64,000 nt of DNA from Bacteroidales bacterium (GTDB lineage: Bacteria; Bacteroidota; Bacteroidia; Bacteroidales; UBA932): the NCBI GenBank assembly GCA_017458145.1, contig JAFTGA010000049.1, positions 746-64,745 on the forward strand. Direction: 5' to 3'. This document shows positions 48,993 to 59,027 of this stretch, one piece after another. Made by a program: the position numbers and the translations under genes. Positions within the stretch are counted from its first letter, which is position 1; every line of letters begins with the position of its first letter. A model generated the notes under the pieces. That model was not told where the DNA came from. It searched no databases and saw only the letters and a program-made list of their open reading frames with translations.

Positions 48993-50165
48993 ATGAACCA
49001 TCGCACTTTAACAGGCATTCTGGCGCTGCTGATGCAGGTGGCCCTGTATGCGCAGGACCTGACGGCCGTGCGGGAACTTAAGCAGCTCTGGAAATACGAC
49101 GAGGCGACGGCCCTGCTCTCGGACATGATCCGGGAGCAGGGGCCGAAGCCGGCGCTGCTGGAAGAGCTGGCGGACTGCCATTACCAGAGCGGGAATACCG
49201 CCGGCGCCCTGGAGCTGTATTCGCAACTCTCCGGGCTCCAGCCGGACAAGACGCTCTACCAGCTCCGCCTGATGAGCCTGCTGTACCGCGGCAAGCAGTT
49301 TGAGCCGGTCATCGGCCTCGGACACGGTGTCCTGCAGCGGGACTCCATCACCCAGGTGCTTTCGCTGGTCGGCGACGCCTTTAACCAGCTGGAGCGGCGG
49401 GATTCCGCGGAATGGTATTACCGCCGGGCGCTCTCCCGCCGGGCACACAATGAATCCGTGCTCAACAAGCTCTGCGGTATCCTGCTGGGCCGGGAGCAAT
49501 ACGACGAGGTCCTTTCGCTGACGAGCGCATTCCTTGCCGAAGAGCCGGACAATCTGACCATCCTGCCGGTCAGCGGCTTAGCGCATTTCTCCAAGGGCGA
49601 CTACACGGAGGCGGAGGCCGCCTTTATGCGGATGAACCGGCTCGGCGAAGACGGCTACGCGGTCCATTATTATCTCGGCCAATGCGCCCAGAAGATCGGT
49701 ATTCTCGCAGACGCGATGAAAGAATACAGGCTGGCCTGGCAGCGGGACTCCTCCGACGTCGGTCTGGCCCTGACCCTCGCGAAACTCCATTCCGACATCC
49801 GTGTCCAGGGCTGGGAGAATTGGTACGACAAGGCCCTGGAAATGCTCAGCCCGGACCAGCGTACCATCGCGAACACCATCGCGGCACATCAGAACTACGC
49901 GTTGTCCGCCTACCGGAACGGCCGCTGGGACCTCTGCATCGAGCAATACAAGAAGATGTTGGAATATAGCCCGAAGCACTATTCCGCCTACTACATGATT
50001 GCCCAGTGCTACGAGTACAAAAAGGACTACAAAACCGCGCTAAGCTGGTACAAGAAAGCCCAGGCGGCCTTCGCCCCCGGTTCCCGCGGCCGGGAGATCG
50101 CCGACGGCGGCGTGGAGCGGATGACTGCAATGATTTTTATGTCAGAAACATCCGGGAAACCATAA
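48993..50165 (+). CDS. TPR repeat protein
   Basis: Repeated TPR-like helical motifs; signal peptide. Confidence 0.8.
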   Translation: MNHRTLTGILALLMQVALYAQDLTAVRELKQLWKYDEATALLSDMIREQGPKPALLEELADCHYQSGNTAGALELYSQLSGLQPDKTLYQLRLMSLLYRGKQFEPVIGLGHGVLQRDSITQVLSLVGDAFNQLERRDSAEWYYRRALSRRAHNESVLNKLCGILLGREQYDEVLSLTSAFLAEEPDNLTILPVSGLAHFSKGDYTEAEAAFMRMNRLGEDGYAVHYYLGQCAQKIGILADAMKEYRLAWQRDSSDVGLALTLAKLHSDIRVQGWENWYDKALEMLSPDQRTIANTIAAHQNYALSAYRNGRWDLCIEQYKKMLEYSPKHYSAYYMIAQCYEYKKDYKTALSWYKKAQAAFAPGSRGREIADGGVERMTAMIFMSETSGKP

Positions 50166-50203
50166 CTTTTTGTAGATTTGAGGCCATATTCATGCATCAT
50201 GAT

Positions 50204-51280
50204 ATGAAAACGGTTTTCTTCCCCCTGCCCCTCCTGTTGCTTATTACGGCTTGCAGCCCCAAGGTCTCCGAAACCACCCGGATCACCGGGCGCGTCGAGG
50301 GCGGCACGGCCGACCGGGCCGGCGTCTATATGATGGACGGCAATCTCAACGAGCGCATTGAATTGAAAGACAACGGATTCTCCTATGAACTCCCGACCAA
50401 TAAGGCCGTGGTCGCCACATTCACCTGCCGCATTGACGGCCAGGAGGTAAATCTGGCCGTTATCCCGGACGGGTCCGAACTGACCCTGACTTTCCGGCCA
50501 GAAGGGTCGAATCTCCGTTCTTCCAACCGTAAGTCCCTCAATTACAAAATGCAGGAAATCGAGCAGGTCTACGCAGAAATGCGCCGCCTGAGCTCAAAAC
50601 AAATGGCACTACAGCAGGCAGGAGCACCCAGGGAACAGATTGATTCCGTGGCGGCATTGGCCCGTCCCGTTTTTGAAAGCCTGCAGGAACTCCATCGCAA
50701 GAATATCGACGAACAGAAAGACAATTTCCTGGGAGCCTATGGAGTATCCTATCTGCAAGGCCTGTATTCGGACGAGCAACTGGATTCCCTGATCCGCACG
50801 CTGGAGCCCGGAGTCGTGGAGACGGCACGCATGCAGATGATCCTCCGCGATGTCCAGGCCCGGCTCCGGACCCGGGAAGGAATGCCGTTTGCCGACTTCC
50901 ACGTTGAAACCGAGAACGGCACCGTCAGTCTTTCCGATTTCGTCGGCAAAGGGAAATACGTCATCGCCGACTTCTGGGCCAGCTGGTGCCAGCCCTGCAT
51001 CGCCGAGATGCCCTACCTGAAAGAAGTTTACAAGAAATACAACGGCTCGAATGTCCTCCTGCTTGGCATCACGAACTATGAGAAGCCGGAAGTCTCGCGG
51101 GCGGCCGCGCAGGAGCTCGGACTCCCCTGGGACCAGATCTACTGCCCTAACCTGGAGGCCATGGAGACGTATGGCATCAGCGGCATCCCGCACATCATCC
51201 TCTTCGGACCGGACGGCACCATCCTCCGGCGTCACCTCCACGGCGCGCACGTCGGCGAGATCCTGGAAGAATATCTTTAA
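50204..51280 (+). CDS. TlpA/ResA-like thiol-disulfide oxidoreductase lipoprotein
   Basis: Lipobox ITAC; DFWASWCQPC; GIP. Confidence 0.9.
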   Translation: MKTVFFPLPLLLLITACSPKVSETTRITGRVEGGTADRAGVYMMDGNLNERIELKDNGFSYELPTNKAVVATFTCRIDGQEVNLAVIPDGSELTLTFRPEGSNLRSSNRKSLNYKMQEIEQVYAEMRRLSSKQMALQQAGAPREQIDSVAALARPVFESLQELHRKNIDEQKDNFLGAYGVSYLQGLYSDEQLDSLIRTLEPGVVETARMQMILRDVQARLRTREGMPFADFHVETENGTVSLSDFVGKGKYVIADFWASWCQPCIAEMPYLKEVYKKYNGSNVLLLGITNYEKPEVSRAAAQELGLPWDQIYCPNLEAMETYGISGIPHIILFGPDGTILRRHLHGAHVGEILEEYL

Positions 51281-51367
51281 GCTTCGCCCGGAAAAGATAG
51301 GGTTTCCGGGCCACCCCCTTCGATTTCAGGAGGGGTCGCCCGTTTTGCCCGGGTAATCCGGGCGAGC
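51281..51367. repeat. Branched palindrome between convergent genes
   Basis: GCTTCGCCCGGA...TCCGGGCGAGC enclosing internal stems. Confidence 0.55.
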
Positions 51368-51373
51368 AACCTA

Positions 51374-51826
51374 TTATTCCCGCTTGCGGGAATCGATGCA
51401 GATGGTAACGGGGCCGTCGTTGACGAGGGCGACCTGCATGTCCGCACCGAATTCGCCGGTGCCGACCGGCTTTCCGATGGCATCCGATAACGCTGCGCAG
51501 AAGGCTTCGTAAAGCGGAATTGCGATCTCGTGGCCAGCCGCTCCGATATAGGACGGCCGGTTGCCTTTCCGGGTGGAGGCCATCAGGGTGAACTGGCTCA
51601 CCACCAGGGCCTCTCCCCCGGCTTCTACGACGCTCCGGTTCATCACCCCGGCCTCGTCGTCGAAGATCCGCAGGCCCGCGACCTTGCGGACCAGCCAGTC
51701 GATGTCCTCCTGCCCGTCCTCAGGGCCGATCCCGAGCAGGATCAGCAGCCCGGGACCGATCTCCGACTTCCGTACCCCGCCGATGGTCACCGACGCGGAA
51801 AGGACCCGTTGGATGACGACGCGCAT
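51374..51826 (-). CDS. dtd: D-aminoacyl-tRNA deacylase
   Basis: [19 protein letters not shown]. Confidence 0.96.
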   Translation of the reverse strand: MRVVIQRVLSASVTIGGVRKSEIGPGLLILLGIGPEDGQEDIDWLVRKVAGLRIFDDEAGVMNRSVVEAGGEALVVSQFTLMASTRKGNRPSYIGAAGHEIAIPLYEAFCAALSDAIGKPVGTGEFGADMQVALVNDGPVTICIDSRKRE

Positions 51827-52443
51827 CAGAACGTCAGGTAGATATTGCGGAACTCGATCGCACCGCCTTCGCTCTGGAAGCCGATGTAGCCTTCCGTCGC
51901 ATCGGCGACGGCCTCGTTGACCAGCACGCCGTTGACCGTGGCGCTGATCTTGCCGCCCTGGCAGACGATCACCGTCTCATTCCACTGTCCGTCAGGCAAT
52001 TCCGGATCCTGCTCCGCCACCGGCGGCTTGCGCCAGTTCGGGTTGGGCTCGACCCCCTCCAGGGGCACACCGCTGAAAAAGAAACCGAAATCCCGCTCGC
52101 GCACCTGCAGCTGGATGCCGGTCGGCCAGACCTTGTCGCCCTCCTGCAGGCGGTTGAAGAAGCCGCTGTCGGCCCGCTGACCGTCCCAGCGCCACTCAAA
52201 ATGAAGCGTGTAGTCGCCGTACATCTTTTCCGTACGGATGTAGCCGAAAGGCTGCCCGCTGACGCGCAGGGCTCCGTCCCGCACGCTGAAGGTCGGCTCG
52301 TTGAGTTCAACGCCCGGTTCCGGGTCCCGGGTCAGGCTGGTCCACCCGTCGAGGTTCTCTCCGTTGAACAAAACTTCCTTCTTCGGCCCGCATGAAGCAA
52401 GGACCAGCGCGGCCAATGCCGCAAATAAAAAGATTTTCTTCAT
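51826..52443 (-). CDS. DUF1080 (3-keto-disaccharide hydrolase-like) lipoprotein
   Basis: [23 protein letters not shown]. Confidence 0.88.
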   Translation of the reverse strand: MKKIFLFAALAALVLASCGPKKEVLFNGENLDGWTSLTRDPEPGVELNEPTFSVRDGALRVSGQPFGYIRTEKMYGDYTLHFEWRWDGQRADSGFFNRLQEGDKVWPTGIQLQVRERDFGFFFSGVPLEGVEPNPNWRKPPVAEQDPELPDGQWNETVIVCQGGKISATVNGVLVNEAVADATEGYIGFQSEGGAIEFRNIYLTF

Positions 52444-52467
52444 ATGATCCAGTAATAATTGGTTTTG

Positions 52468-54213
52468 TCAGTCCTCCGAAGCGATTTCCTTGAGTTCCTG
52501 GCGATAGGCGGTCAGCAGGCGCGAACGGGAGATGAAGCCGAGATACCTGCGGTCGCGGTCCACGACCGGAAGCCGCCAGGCGCCCGTGCGGTCGAACTTG
52601 GCCATCACCGATTCCATCTTTTCCCCGGCGTAGATGTAGTCCGGAGCAGACTCCATGATGTTGTAGACGTGGAGAGCGTCATACTTGGAGGCATCAAAGA
52701 GCACCCGGCGGGCATTGGCGATATCGACAAGCCCCTGGAAACGCCCCTTCGAGTCAAGGACAGCCATCACGGCCGCGTCCGTGTCCGACACCAGATTCAC
52801 CACTTCGCGGACCGTCGCGTCAATCTGCACCCGCGGGTATTTGTCGCGGATCAGCGAATCGACGTGCATCAGCGTCAGCACGGCCTGGTCGCTGTCGTGC
52901 GTGAGCAGGTCCCCGCTCTGGGCAATGCGCTTGGTGTAGATGGAATACTTCTCGAAGATGCGCACCGTGCCGAACGCCACGGTGGCCGTCAGGATCAAGG
53001 GAATCAGGAGCGCATAGCCGCCGGAGATCTCCGCGATGAGGAAGATGGCGGTCATCGGCGCCTGCATCACGCCGGCCATCAGCGCCGCCATGCCCACCAG
53101 CACGAAATTCTGCTCCGGGACGGAAGCGCCCAGCAGATTGAGGCTGCGCGCCACCACGAAGCCGAGGATGGCCCCGGCGAACAGCGTCGGACCGAAGGTG
53201 CCGCCGACTCCCCCGCCGGCATTGGTCGCCGTCATGGCAAGCACCTTAAGGAAGAAGATGAGCGCGAAGAAGAGCGGCACGCCCCATTTCCAATCCAGCA
53301 GGAAAGACAGTACGCTGCGCCCCTCCAGCGCCAGATCCTGTCCGTTGAGCAGGGCGCCGAGCGAATCGTAGCCCTCGCCGTAGAGCGGCGGGAAGAGGAA
53401 GATCAGCAGACCCAGCGCCAGGGCACAGACCCCCCAGCGGAGGTACGGGTTCAGCGTCTTGCCGATGCGGTCCTCCAACTGAAGCGTCGTGCGCAGGAAA
53501 TACAGGGACCCGAAGCCTCCGACGACGCCCAGGATGATGTAGAACGGGAGGTTCACCATCGAGAAAGGCGTCAGCGTACAGGCAAAAACCGGCGTCTGTC
53601 CGCGGAAAATGTAGGAAACGACCGTCGCGGAGATCGTGGAGACCAGCAGCGGTAGCAGGGACTGCAGCGACACATTGAAGAGCAGGATCTCCAGCGTGAA
53701 GAGCACGCCCGCAAGCGGCGCCTTGAAGATGCCCGCCACGGCGCCGGCGGCCCCGCAGCCCAGCAGCATCGTGATGCCGCGGTAGGACAGGCCGAAGGCG
53801 CGGCCGATGTTGGAGCCGATGGCGGCGCCGGTATAGACGATCGGCGCCTCGGCGCCCACCGAGCCGCCGAAGCCGATCGTAATGCTGGAGGTCAGCATCG
53901 AGGACCAGGTGTTGTGGGGCTTGATTTTCGAGTCACCCCGTGAAATGGCCAGCAGGGCCTTGGTCACGCCGTGGCCGATGTTGTCCTTGACCACATAGCG
54001 CACCAGCAGCAGGGAGATCAGCATGCCGATTCCGGGCAGGATCAGGTACTGCCAGTCATATCCGCCGCCGGAAAAGCCCCGCTCGAGCAGATGCCGCAGG
54101 GCGTGGATGGCCCAGTCGAGAATGACGGCGGCGCACCCCGAGAGCACGCCGACCATCAGACTGAGCAACAGTAATTTACTGTGTTCGGGAATATTTTTCA
54201 GCAGGGGCTTCAC
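52468..54213 (-). CDS. ClC chloride channel/transporter with CBS domains
   Basis: GGSVGAEAP, FKAPLAG, GGTFGP, C-terminal CBS pair. Confidence 0.92.
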   Translation of the reverse strand: MKPLLKNIPEHSKLLLLSLMVGVLSGCAAVILDWAIHALRHLLERGFSGGGYDWQYLILPGIGMLISLLLVRYVVKDNIGHGVTKALLAISRGDSKIKPHNTWSSMLTSSITIGFGGSVGAEAPIVYTGAAIGSNIGRAFGLSYRGITMLLGCGAAGAVAGIFKAPLAGVLFTLEILLFNVSLQSLLPLLVSTISATVVSYIFRGQTPVFACTLTPFSMVNLPFYIILGVVGGFGSLYFLRTTLQLEDRIGKTLNPYLRWGVCALALGLLIFLFPPLYGEGYDSLGALLNGQDLALEGRSVLSFLLDWKWGVPLFFALIFFLKVLAMTATNAGGGVGGTFGPTLFAGAILGFVVARSLNLLGASVPEQNFVLVGMAALMAGVMQAPMTAIFLIAEISGGYALLIPLILTATVAFGTVRIFEKYSIYTKRIAQSGDLLTHDSDQAVLTLMHVDSLIRDKYPRVQIDATVREVVNLVSDTDAAVMAVLDSKGRFQGLVDIANARRVLFDASKYDALHVYNIMESAPDYIYAGEKMESVMAKFDRTGAWRLPVVDRDRRYLGFISRSRLLTAYRQELKEIASED

Positions 54214-54581
54214 TACGCATCCGCACCGTCGTCATCTCCGCCATACTGGGAGATGTTGTCATCCGGCAGGGTCTCTCCGTCGGCATCGGACGCAGCAGAG
54301 GCTCCGGCCACGGACTCGACTTCCGCCTCCTCCTCGCCCTCGAGCCAGCGCTCGATGTCGTCGGGATTGTCGATCTGTACCTTGATCTTGACCAGATAGA
54401 TGGCATCCGGTATCTCGACCAGCACGGCATAAAAGGGAGTGCCGTCGGGTTTGGTATACTTGGTGAGGTCGGGAAGATAATCGCTGAAGCCTTTCGGGTA
54501 TTTTTCCGCAAAAGCTGCAGCCAGCTCAGGGGACATATTTTCGTAGCTGACAATGTGACGTTTTTTGTTGTCTGGTGCCAT
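54213..54581 (-). CDS. Conserved acidic hypothetical protein
   Basis: Intact ORF with acidic tail, coupled to clc. Confidence 0.7.
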   Translation of the reverse strand: MAPDNKKRHIVSYENMSPELAAAFAEKYPKGFSDYLPDLTKYTKPDGTPFYAVLVEIPDAIYLVKIKVQIDNPDDIERWLEGEEEAEVESVAGASAASDADGETLPDDNISQYGGDDDGADA

Positions 54582-54620
54582 AAAAGTAGATGTGGTTTGG
54601 TTTGCTGCTGCAAGTATAGT

Positions 54621-56384
54621 TTACTTTTTTCTGAAAAACAATGCCTTCTGCGCCTTTTTTTTCGAAGAATCACGCTCCACGAAAACCGGCTTCATCGTCC
54701 GGGGATCGATCCCGGACCAGAACATGACCGATGACGTGGTCATCGGCGTAGGCATAAAATCCTGCACCTGTTCCATCCAAATGCCTTTGAGACAGGGATT
54801 TGCCGCAAGGCGCCGCATATCCTCGAGCGTGCAGCCCGGATGCGAGGAGATGAAATACGGGACCAGTTCGGTATGCGTGCCGTTTTCCCGGTTGATCTTG
54901 TCGAATTCGCTGCGCAGGCGCTCGAACAGGCGGAAGGACGGCTTGCCCATATACTTCAGGACCTTGTCCTCCGTATGCTCCGGCGCCACCTTGAGGCGGC
55001 CGGACGTATGCCTGAGCATCAGTTCCCGCAGGTACGGCTTGCCGCTTTCGTCCAGGAAGCCCTTCTCGTCCAGGAAGAGGTCGTAGCGGACGCCGCTGCT
55101 GATGTAGGAATGGCGGACGCCCTTGACGGCATCCACTTCGCGGTAGAGTTTCAGCAGGCGCGCATGCGAGCGGTCCAGGTTGGGGCAGGCCCCCGGGAAG
55201 ATGCACGACTGCCGGCGGCATTTCGCGCACAGGTCCTGGTTGCGGCCCCGCATCCCGTACATATTGGCCGAAGGGGCGCCCAGGTCGGAGATGTTGCCGT
55301 GGAACTCGGGCATTGCAGCCAGCTTGCGGACTTCGTCGAGAATCGACTTCTCGCTGCGCGACTGGATGAACTTGCTCTGGTGCGCGGCGATTGTGCAGAA
55401 GTTGCAGCCGCCGAAGCAGCCCCGGTGCGTGATGATCGAGTCCTTGATCATGTCGTAGGCCGGGATGCGTTTGCCCTTGTAGCGCGGGTGCGGCAGCTTG
55501 GTGAAGGGCAGGTCCCAGCAGGCGTCCATCTCTTCGGTGGTCGCCGGAGGATACATCGGATTGACCTGCACATACCCCTCCCCCACCGGCTCGATCAAGG
55601 TCCTAGGATGCAGCACGTTGGCCTGGATTTCAATCTCGCGGAAATTCTCCGCGAACGCCCGCTTGTCCCGGCAGCACTCCTCGTACGAATGCAGCACCAG
55701 CGGCTCCTCGGCCTGTTGATCAGTCGCCTTCGGCGCAGCGGAGCTGAAGGTGACTTTACCGGTACGGTAAAAAGCAATCTGGGGGATTTTCTCGATCTGG
55801 CGACGGTTCCGCCCGGCCTCGATGGCGCGGGTGAGCTCGAGCATCGGGCGCTCCCCCATCCCGTAGCAGAGCCAGTCGGCGCCGCTGTCCACCAGGATGG
55901 AAGGCATCAGCCGGTTGTCCCAGTAGTCATAGTGGGTCAGGCGCCGGAGCGAAGCCTCCACGCCGCCGATCACCACCGGCACATCGGGCCATAACTGCTT
56001 GAGGATCTTGGTATAGACGGTGACGGCGCGGTCGGGCCGCTGGCCGGCCTTGCCCTCCGGCGTGTACGCGTCGTCGTGGCGCAGGCGCTTGGCGGCCGTG
56101 TAGTGGTTGACCATGGAATCCATCGCCCCGGCATTGACCGCAAAATACAGGCGCGGCGCACCGAGCTTGCGGAAATCACGCAGGTCGTCGCGCCAGTTCG
56201 GCTGCGGTACGACCGCCACGCGGTACCCGTATTTCTCCAGGTACCGCGCGATGCAGGCCGTGCCGAAACTGGGATGGTCCACGAAAGCGTCTCCGGTGAA
56301 GAAGATGACGTCGATATAGTCCCAACCCAGCTTCTGGACCTCCTTGACGGAGGTCGGGATGCTACATTCGGTCCGGTAAGTCAA
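54621..56384 (-). CDS. ygiQ: YgiQ family radical SAM protein
   Basis: GDAFVDHPSFG, HRGCFGGCNFC, YFISSHPG. Confidence 0.92.
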   Translation of the reverse strand: MTYRTECSIPTSVKEVQKLGWDYIDVIFFTGDAFVDHPSFGTACIARYLEKYGYRVAVVPQPNWRDDLRDFRKLGAPRLYFAVNAGAMDSMVNHYTAAKRLRHDDAYTPEGKAGQRPDRAVTVYTKILKQLWPDVPVVIGGVEASLRRLTHYDYWDNRLMPSILVDSGADWLCYGMGERPMLELTRAIEAGRNRRQIEKIPQIAFYRTGKVTFSSAAPKATDQQAEEPLVLHSYEECCRDKRAFAENFREIEIQANVLHPRTLIEPVGEGYVQVNPMYPPATTEEMDACWDLPFTKLPHPRYKGKRIPAYDMIKDSIITHRGCFGGCNFCTIAAHQSKFIQSRSEKSILDEVRKLAAMPEFHGNISDLGAPSANMYGMRGRNQDLCAKCRRQSCIFPGACPNLDRSHARLLKLYREVDAVKGVRHSYISSGVRYDLFLDEKGFLDESGKPYLRELMLRHTSGRLKVAPEHTEDKVLKYMGKPSFRLFERLRSEFDKINRENGTHTELVPYFISSHPGCTLEDMRRLAANPCLKGIWMEQVQDFMPTPMTTSSVMFWSGIDPRTMKPVFVERDSSKKKAQKALFFRKK

Positions 56385-58092
56385 TGCCCAGGATCTTCAT
56401 GCCCCGGCGCAGGACGCCGGCCAGCGTGGAGATCAGTTCAAGACGCATCTTGAGCACCTCCTCGTCCGGTTCCTTGAGGATCGGGGTCTCGTGGTAGTAC
56501 TGGTTGAACTCCTTCGCCAGGTCATAGCCGTAGTTGGCGATGACGGCGGGAGAGAAGGCCGCGGCGGCCTCAGCCACCTTCTGCGGATAGGCGCCCAGGA
56601 TCTTGACGAGACGCACCTCCTTCGGGCTCAGCTCCACCGCAGGATTGAGGGCGGAGGTGAGGCCGCGCTCTCCTGCCTTGCGCAGGATCGAGCAGATGCG
56701 CGCGTGGGTGTACTGGATGAAGGGACCGGTGTTGCCGTTGAAGTCGATGGACTCCTTGGGATTGAAGAGCATCTTCTTCTTGGGATCCACCTTGAGGATG
56801 AAGTATTTGAGCGCGCCCAGGCCGATCTGGCGATAGAGCCGCTCCTTCTCCTCGTCGCTGATGCCGTCCAGTTTGCCGCTCTCCTCGGAAGTGGCCTTCG
56901 CCTCTTCGTACATCTTCTCGATGAGGTCGTCGGCATCGACCACCGTACCCTCGCGGGACTTCATCTTGCCTTCGGGGAGCTCCACCATGCCGTAAGACAG
57001 ATGGAAAATCTGGTCGGCCCAGTCGAAGCCGAGCTTCTTCAGGATCAGCTTGAGGACCTGGAAGTGGTAGTTCTGCTCGTCACCCACCACATAGATGTGG
57101 GAGTCGAGCCGGTATTCGCTGAAACGGCGTTCGGCGGTGCCGAGGTCCTGCGTGATATAGACGGAAGTGCCGTCGGAGCGGAGCAGGAGCTTGCGGTCCA
57201 GCCCGTCGGCGGTGAGGTCGCACCACACGGAGCCGTCGGGATCCTTGACGAACACGCCCATATCCAGGCCGCGCTGCACCAGCTCCTTGCCGAGCAGGTA
57301 GGTCTCGTGCTCATAGTAGGTGCGGTCGAAGGTGATGCCGAGCGCCTTGTAGGTCTGCTCGAAGCCGGCGAACACCCAGCCGTTCATCATCTCCCAGAGC
57401 GCGCGGACGGCGGGATCGCCCTCCTCCCACTTGACGAGCATTTCGTGGACCTTGTCGATGGCGGAAGGGTCCTCCTTCTCCATCCTGGCGTACTCCACAT
57501 AGCAGTCGCCCACGAGGTGGTCCCCCTTCTTGCCGGTGCTCTCGGGCGTGGCGCCGTCGAAACGCTGCTGCCAGGCATACATCGACTTGCAGATGTGTAC
57601 GCCGCGGTCATTGACGAGCGTGGCCTTGATCACCTCGTCGCCGGCGGCCTTGAGCAGGTCGGAGACGGAGGCTCCCAGCAGGTTGTTGCGGATGTGGCCC
57701 AGGTGCAGGGGCTTGTTGGTATTGGGTGAGGAGAACTCGACCATCACGCGGCGGCCCGTGGCGGGCAGCTGGCCGAAGGCCGGATCCCCGGCGATAGCGG
57801 CGAGCGCCTCGCGCCAGTAGACATTGGACAGGCTGAGGTTCAGGAATCCCTTGACGGAATTGTATGCGCTCACCTCGGGGCAGTTCGCCACCAGCCAGTC
57901 GCCGATGGCGGCGCCGGTGGCGTCCGGGCTCTGGCGCGTGACGCGCAGCAGCGGGAACACGACCAGGGTGAAATCGCCTTCGAATTCCTTGCGGGTCACG
58001 CTCACCTGCATGGCGGACGCCTCGACGGAGGCGCCGTAAATGGCTTTGACGGCCTCTGAGGCCTTCGCAGCGAGAAATTGCTCCGGAGTCAT
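56362..58092 (-). CDS. argS: Arginine--tRNA ligase
   Basis: EFSSPNTNKPLHLGH, KMKSREG, GPFIQYTHAR. Confidence 0.97.
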   Translation of the reverse strand: MTPEQFLAAKASEAVKAIYGASVEASAMQVSVTRKEFEGDFTLVVFPLLRVTRQSPDATGAAIGDWLVANCPEVSAYNSVKGFLNLSLSNVYWREALAAIAGDPAFGQLPATGRRVMVEFSSPNTNKPLHLGHIRNNLLGASVSDLLKAAGDEVIKATLVNDRGVHICKSMYAWQQRFDGATPESTGKKGDHLVGDCYVEYARMEKEDPSAIDKVHEMLVKWEEGDPAVRALWEMMNGWVFAGFEQTYKALGITFDRTYYEHETYLLGKELVQRGLDMGVFVKDPDGSVWCDLTADGLDRKLLLRSDGTSVYITQDLGTAERRFSEYRLDSHIYVVGDEQNYHFQVLKLILKKLGFDWADQIFHLSYGMVELPEGKMKSREGTVVDADDLIEKMYEEAKATSEESGKLDGISDEEKERLYRQIGLGALKYFILKVDPKKKMLFNPKESIDFNGNTGPFIQYTHARICSILRKAGERGLTSALNPAVELSPKEVRLVKILGAYPQKVAEAAAAFSPAVIANYGYDLAKEFNQYYHETPILKEPDEEVLKMRLELISTLAGVLRRGMKILGIDLPDRM

Positions 58093-58952
58093 CAGCCGAG
58101 GTAGGTCTTGAGAAGTTTGCTGGCGGACGGCTTCTTGAGCTTGCGGATGGCCTTCTCCTTGATCTGGCGCACGCGCTCCCGAGTGAGGTCCAGGCGTTCG
58201 CCGATCTCCTCGAGGGTCATCTCCTGGCAGCCGATGCCGAAGAAGCTCTTGATGATCTCACGCTCGCGCGGCGTGAGGATCTGCAGCGCACGCTCGATTT
58301 CGGTGCTCAGCGACTCGTTCGTCAAGCCGCGGTCGGCGCTCGGCGAATCGTCGTTGGGCAGCACGTCCAGCAGGCTGTTGTCCTCGCCCTCGACGAACGG
58401 GGCGTCCACGCTGACATGGCGGCCGGACACGCGCAGCGTATCGGCGATCTTGTCCTTCGGGATATCGATCATGTCGGCCAGTTCGTCCGTGGACGGCTGG
58501 CGCTCGTTCTCCTGCTCGAACTTGCCGAGGGCCTTGTTGATCTTGTTCAACGAGCCGACCTGGTTGAGCGGCAGGCGCACGATGCGGCTCTGCTCGGCGA
58601 GGGCCTGCAGGATGGACTGGCGGATCCACCACACGGCATAGGAGATGAACTTGAAACCGCGGGTCTCGTCGAACTTCTCTGCGGCCTTGATCAGGCCGAG
58701 GTTGCCCTCATTGATCAGGTCCGGGAGGCTCAAGCCCTGGTTCTGGTACTGCTTGGCCACGGACACGACGAAGCGCAGGTTGGCGCGGGTGAGCTTCTCC
58801 AGCGCTTCCTGGTCGCCCTTGCGGATGCGCTGGGCGAGTTCGACTTCTTCTTCCGGGGACACCAACTCTTCGCGGCCGATCTCCTGGAGGTACTTGTCCA
58901 GGGACGCGCTCTCGCGGTTGGTAATGGATTTTGTGATTTTCAGCTGTCTCAT
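58092..58952 (-). CDS. rpoD: Primary sigma70 (Bacteroidota short type)
   Basis: [33 protein letters not shown]. Confidence 0.95.
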   Translation of the reverse strand: MRQLKITKSITNRESASLDKYLQEIGREELVSPEEEVELAQRIRKGDQEALEKLTRANLRFVVSVAKQYQNQGLSLPDLINEGNLGLIKAAEKFDETRGFKFISYAVWWIRQSILQALAEQSRIVRLPLNQVGSLNKINKALGKFEQENERQPSTDELADMIDIPKDKIADTLRVSGRHVSVDAPFVEGEDNSLLDVLPNDDSPSADRGLTNESLSTEIERALQILTPREREIIKSFFGIGCQEMTLEEIGERLDLTRERVRQIKEKAIRKLKKPSASKLLKTYLG

Positions 58953-58971
58953 ACACCCTTTTATACGGAAC

Positions 58972-59004
58972 AATCCCGCGTAAGTTTCACACTTGCGCGG
59001 GATT
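58972..59004. terminator. Terminator-like hairpin between degP and rpoD
   Basis: AATCCCGCGTAAGT...ACTTGCGCGGGATT. Confidence 0.6.
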
Positions 59005-59027
59005 TTTTTCAATTAGTTTTCAACTGT

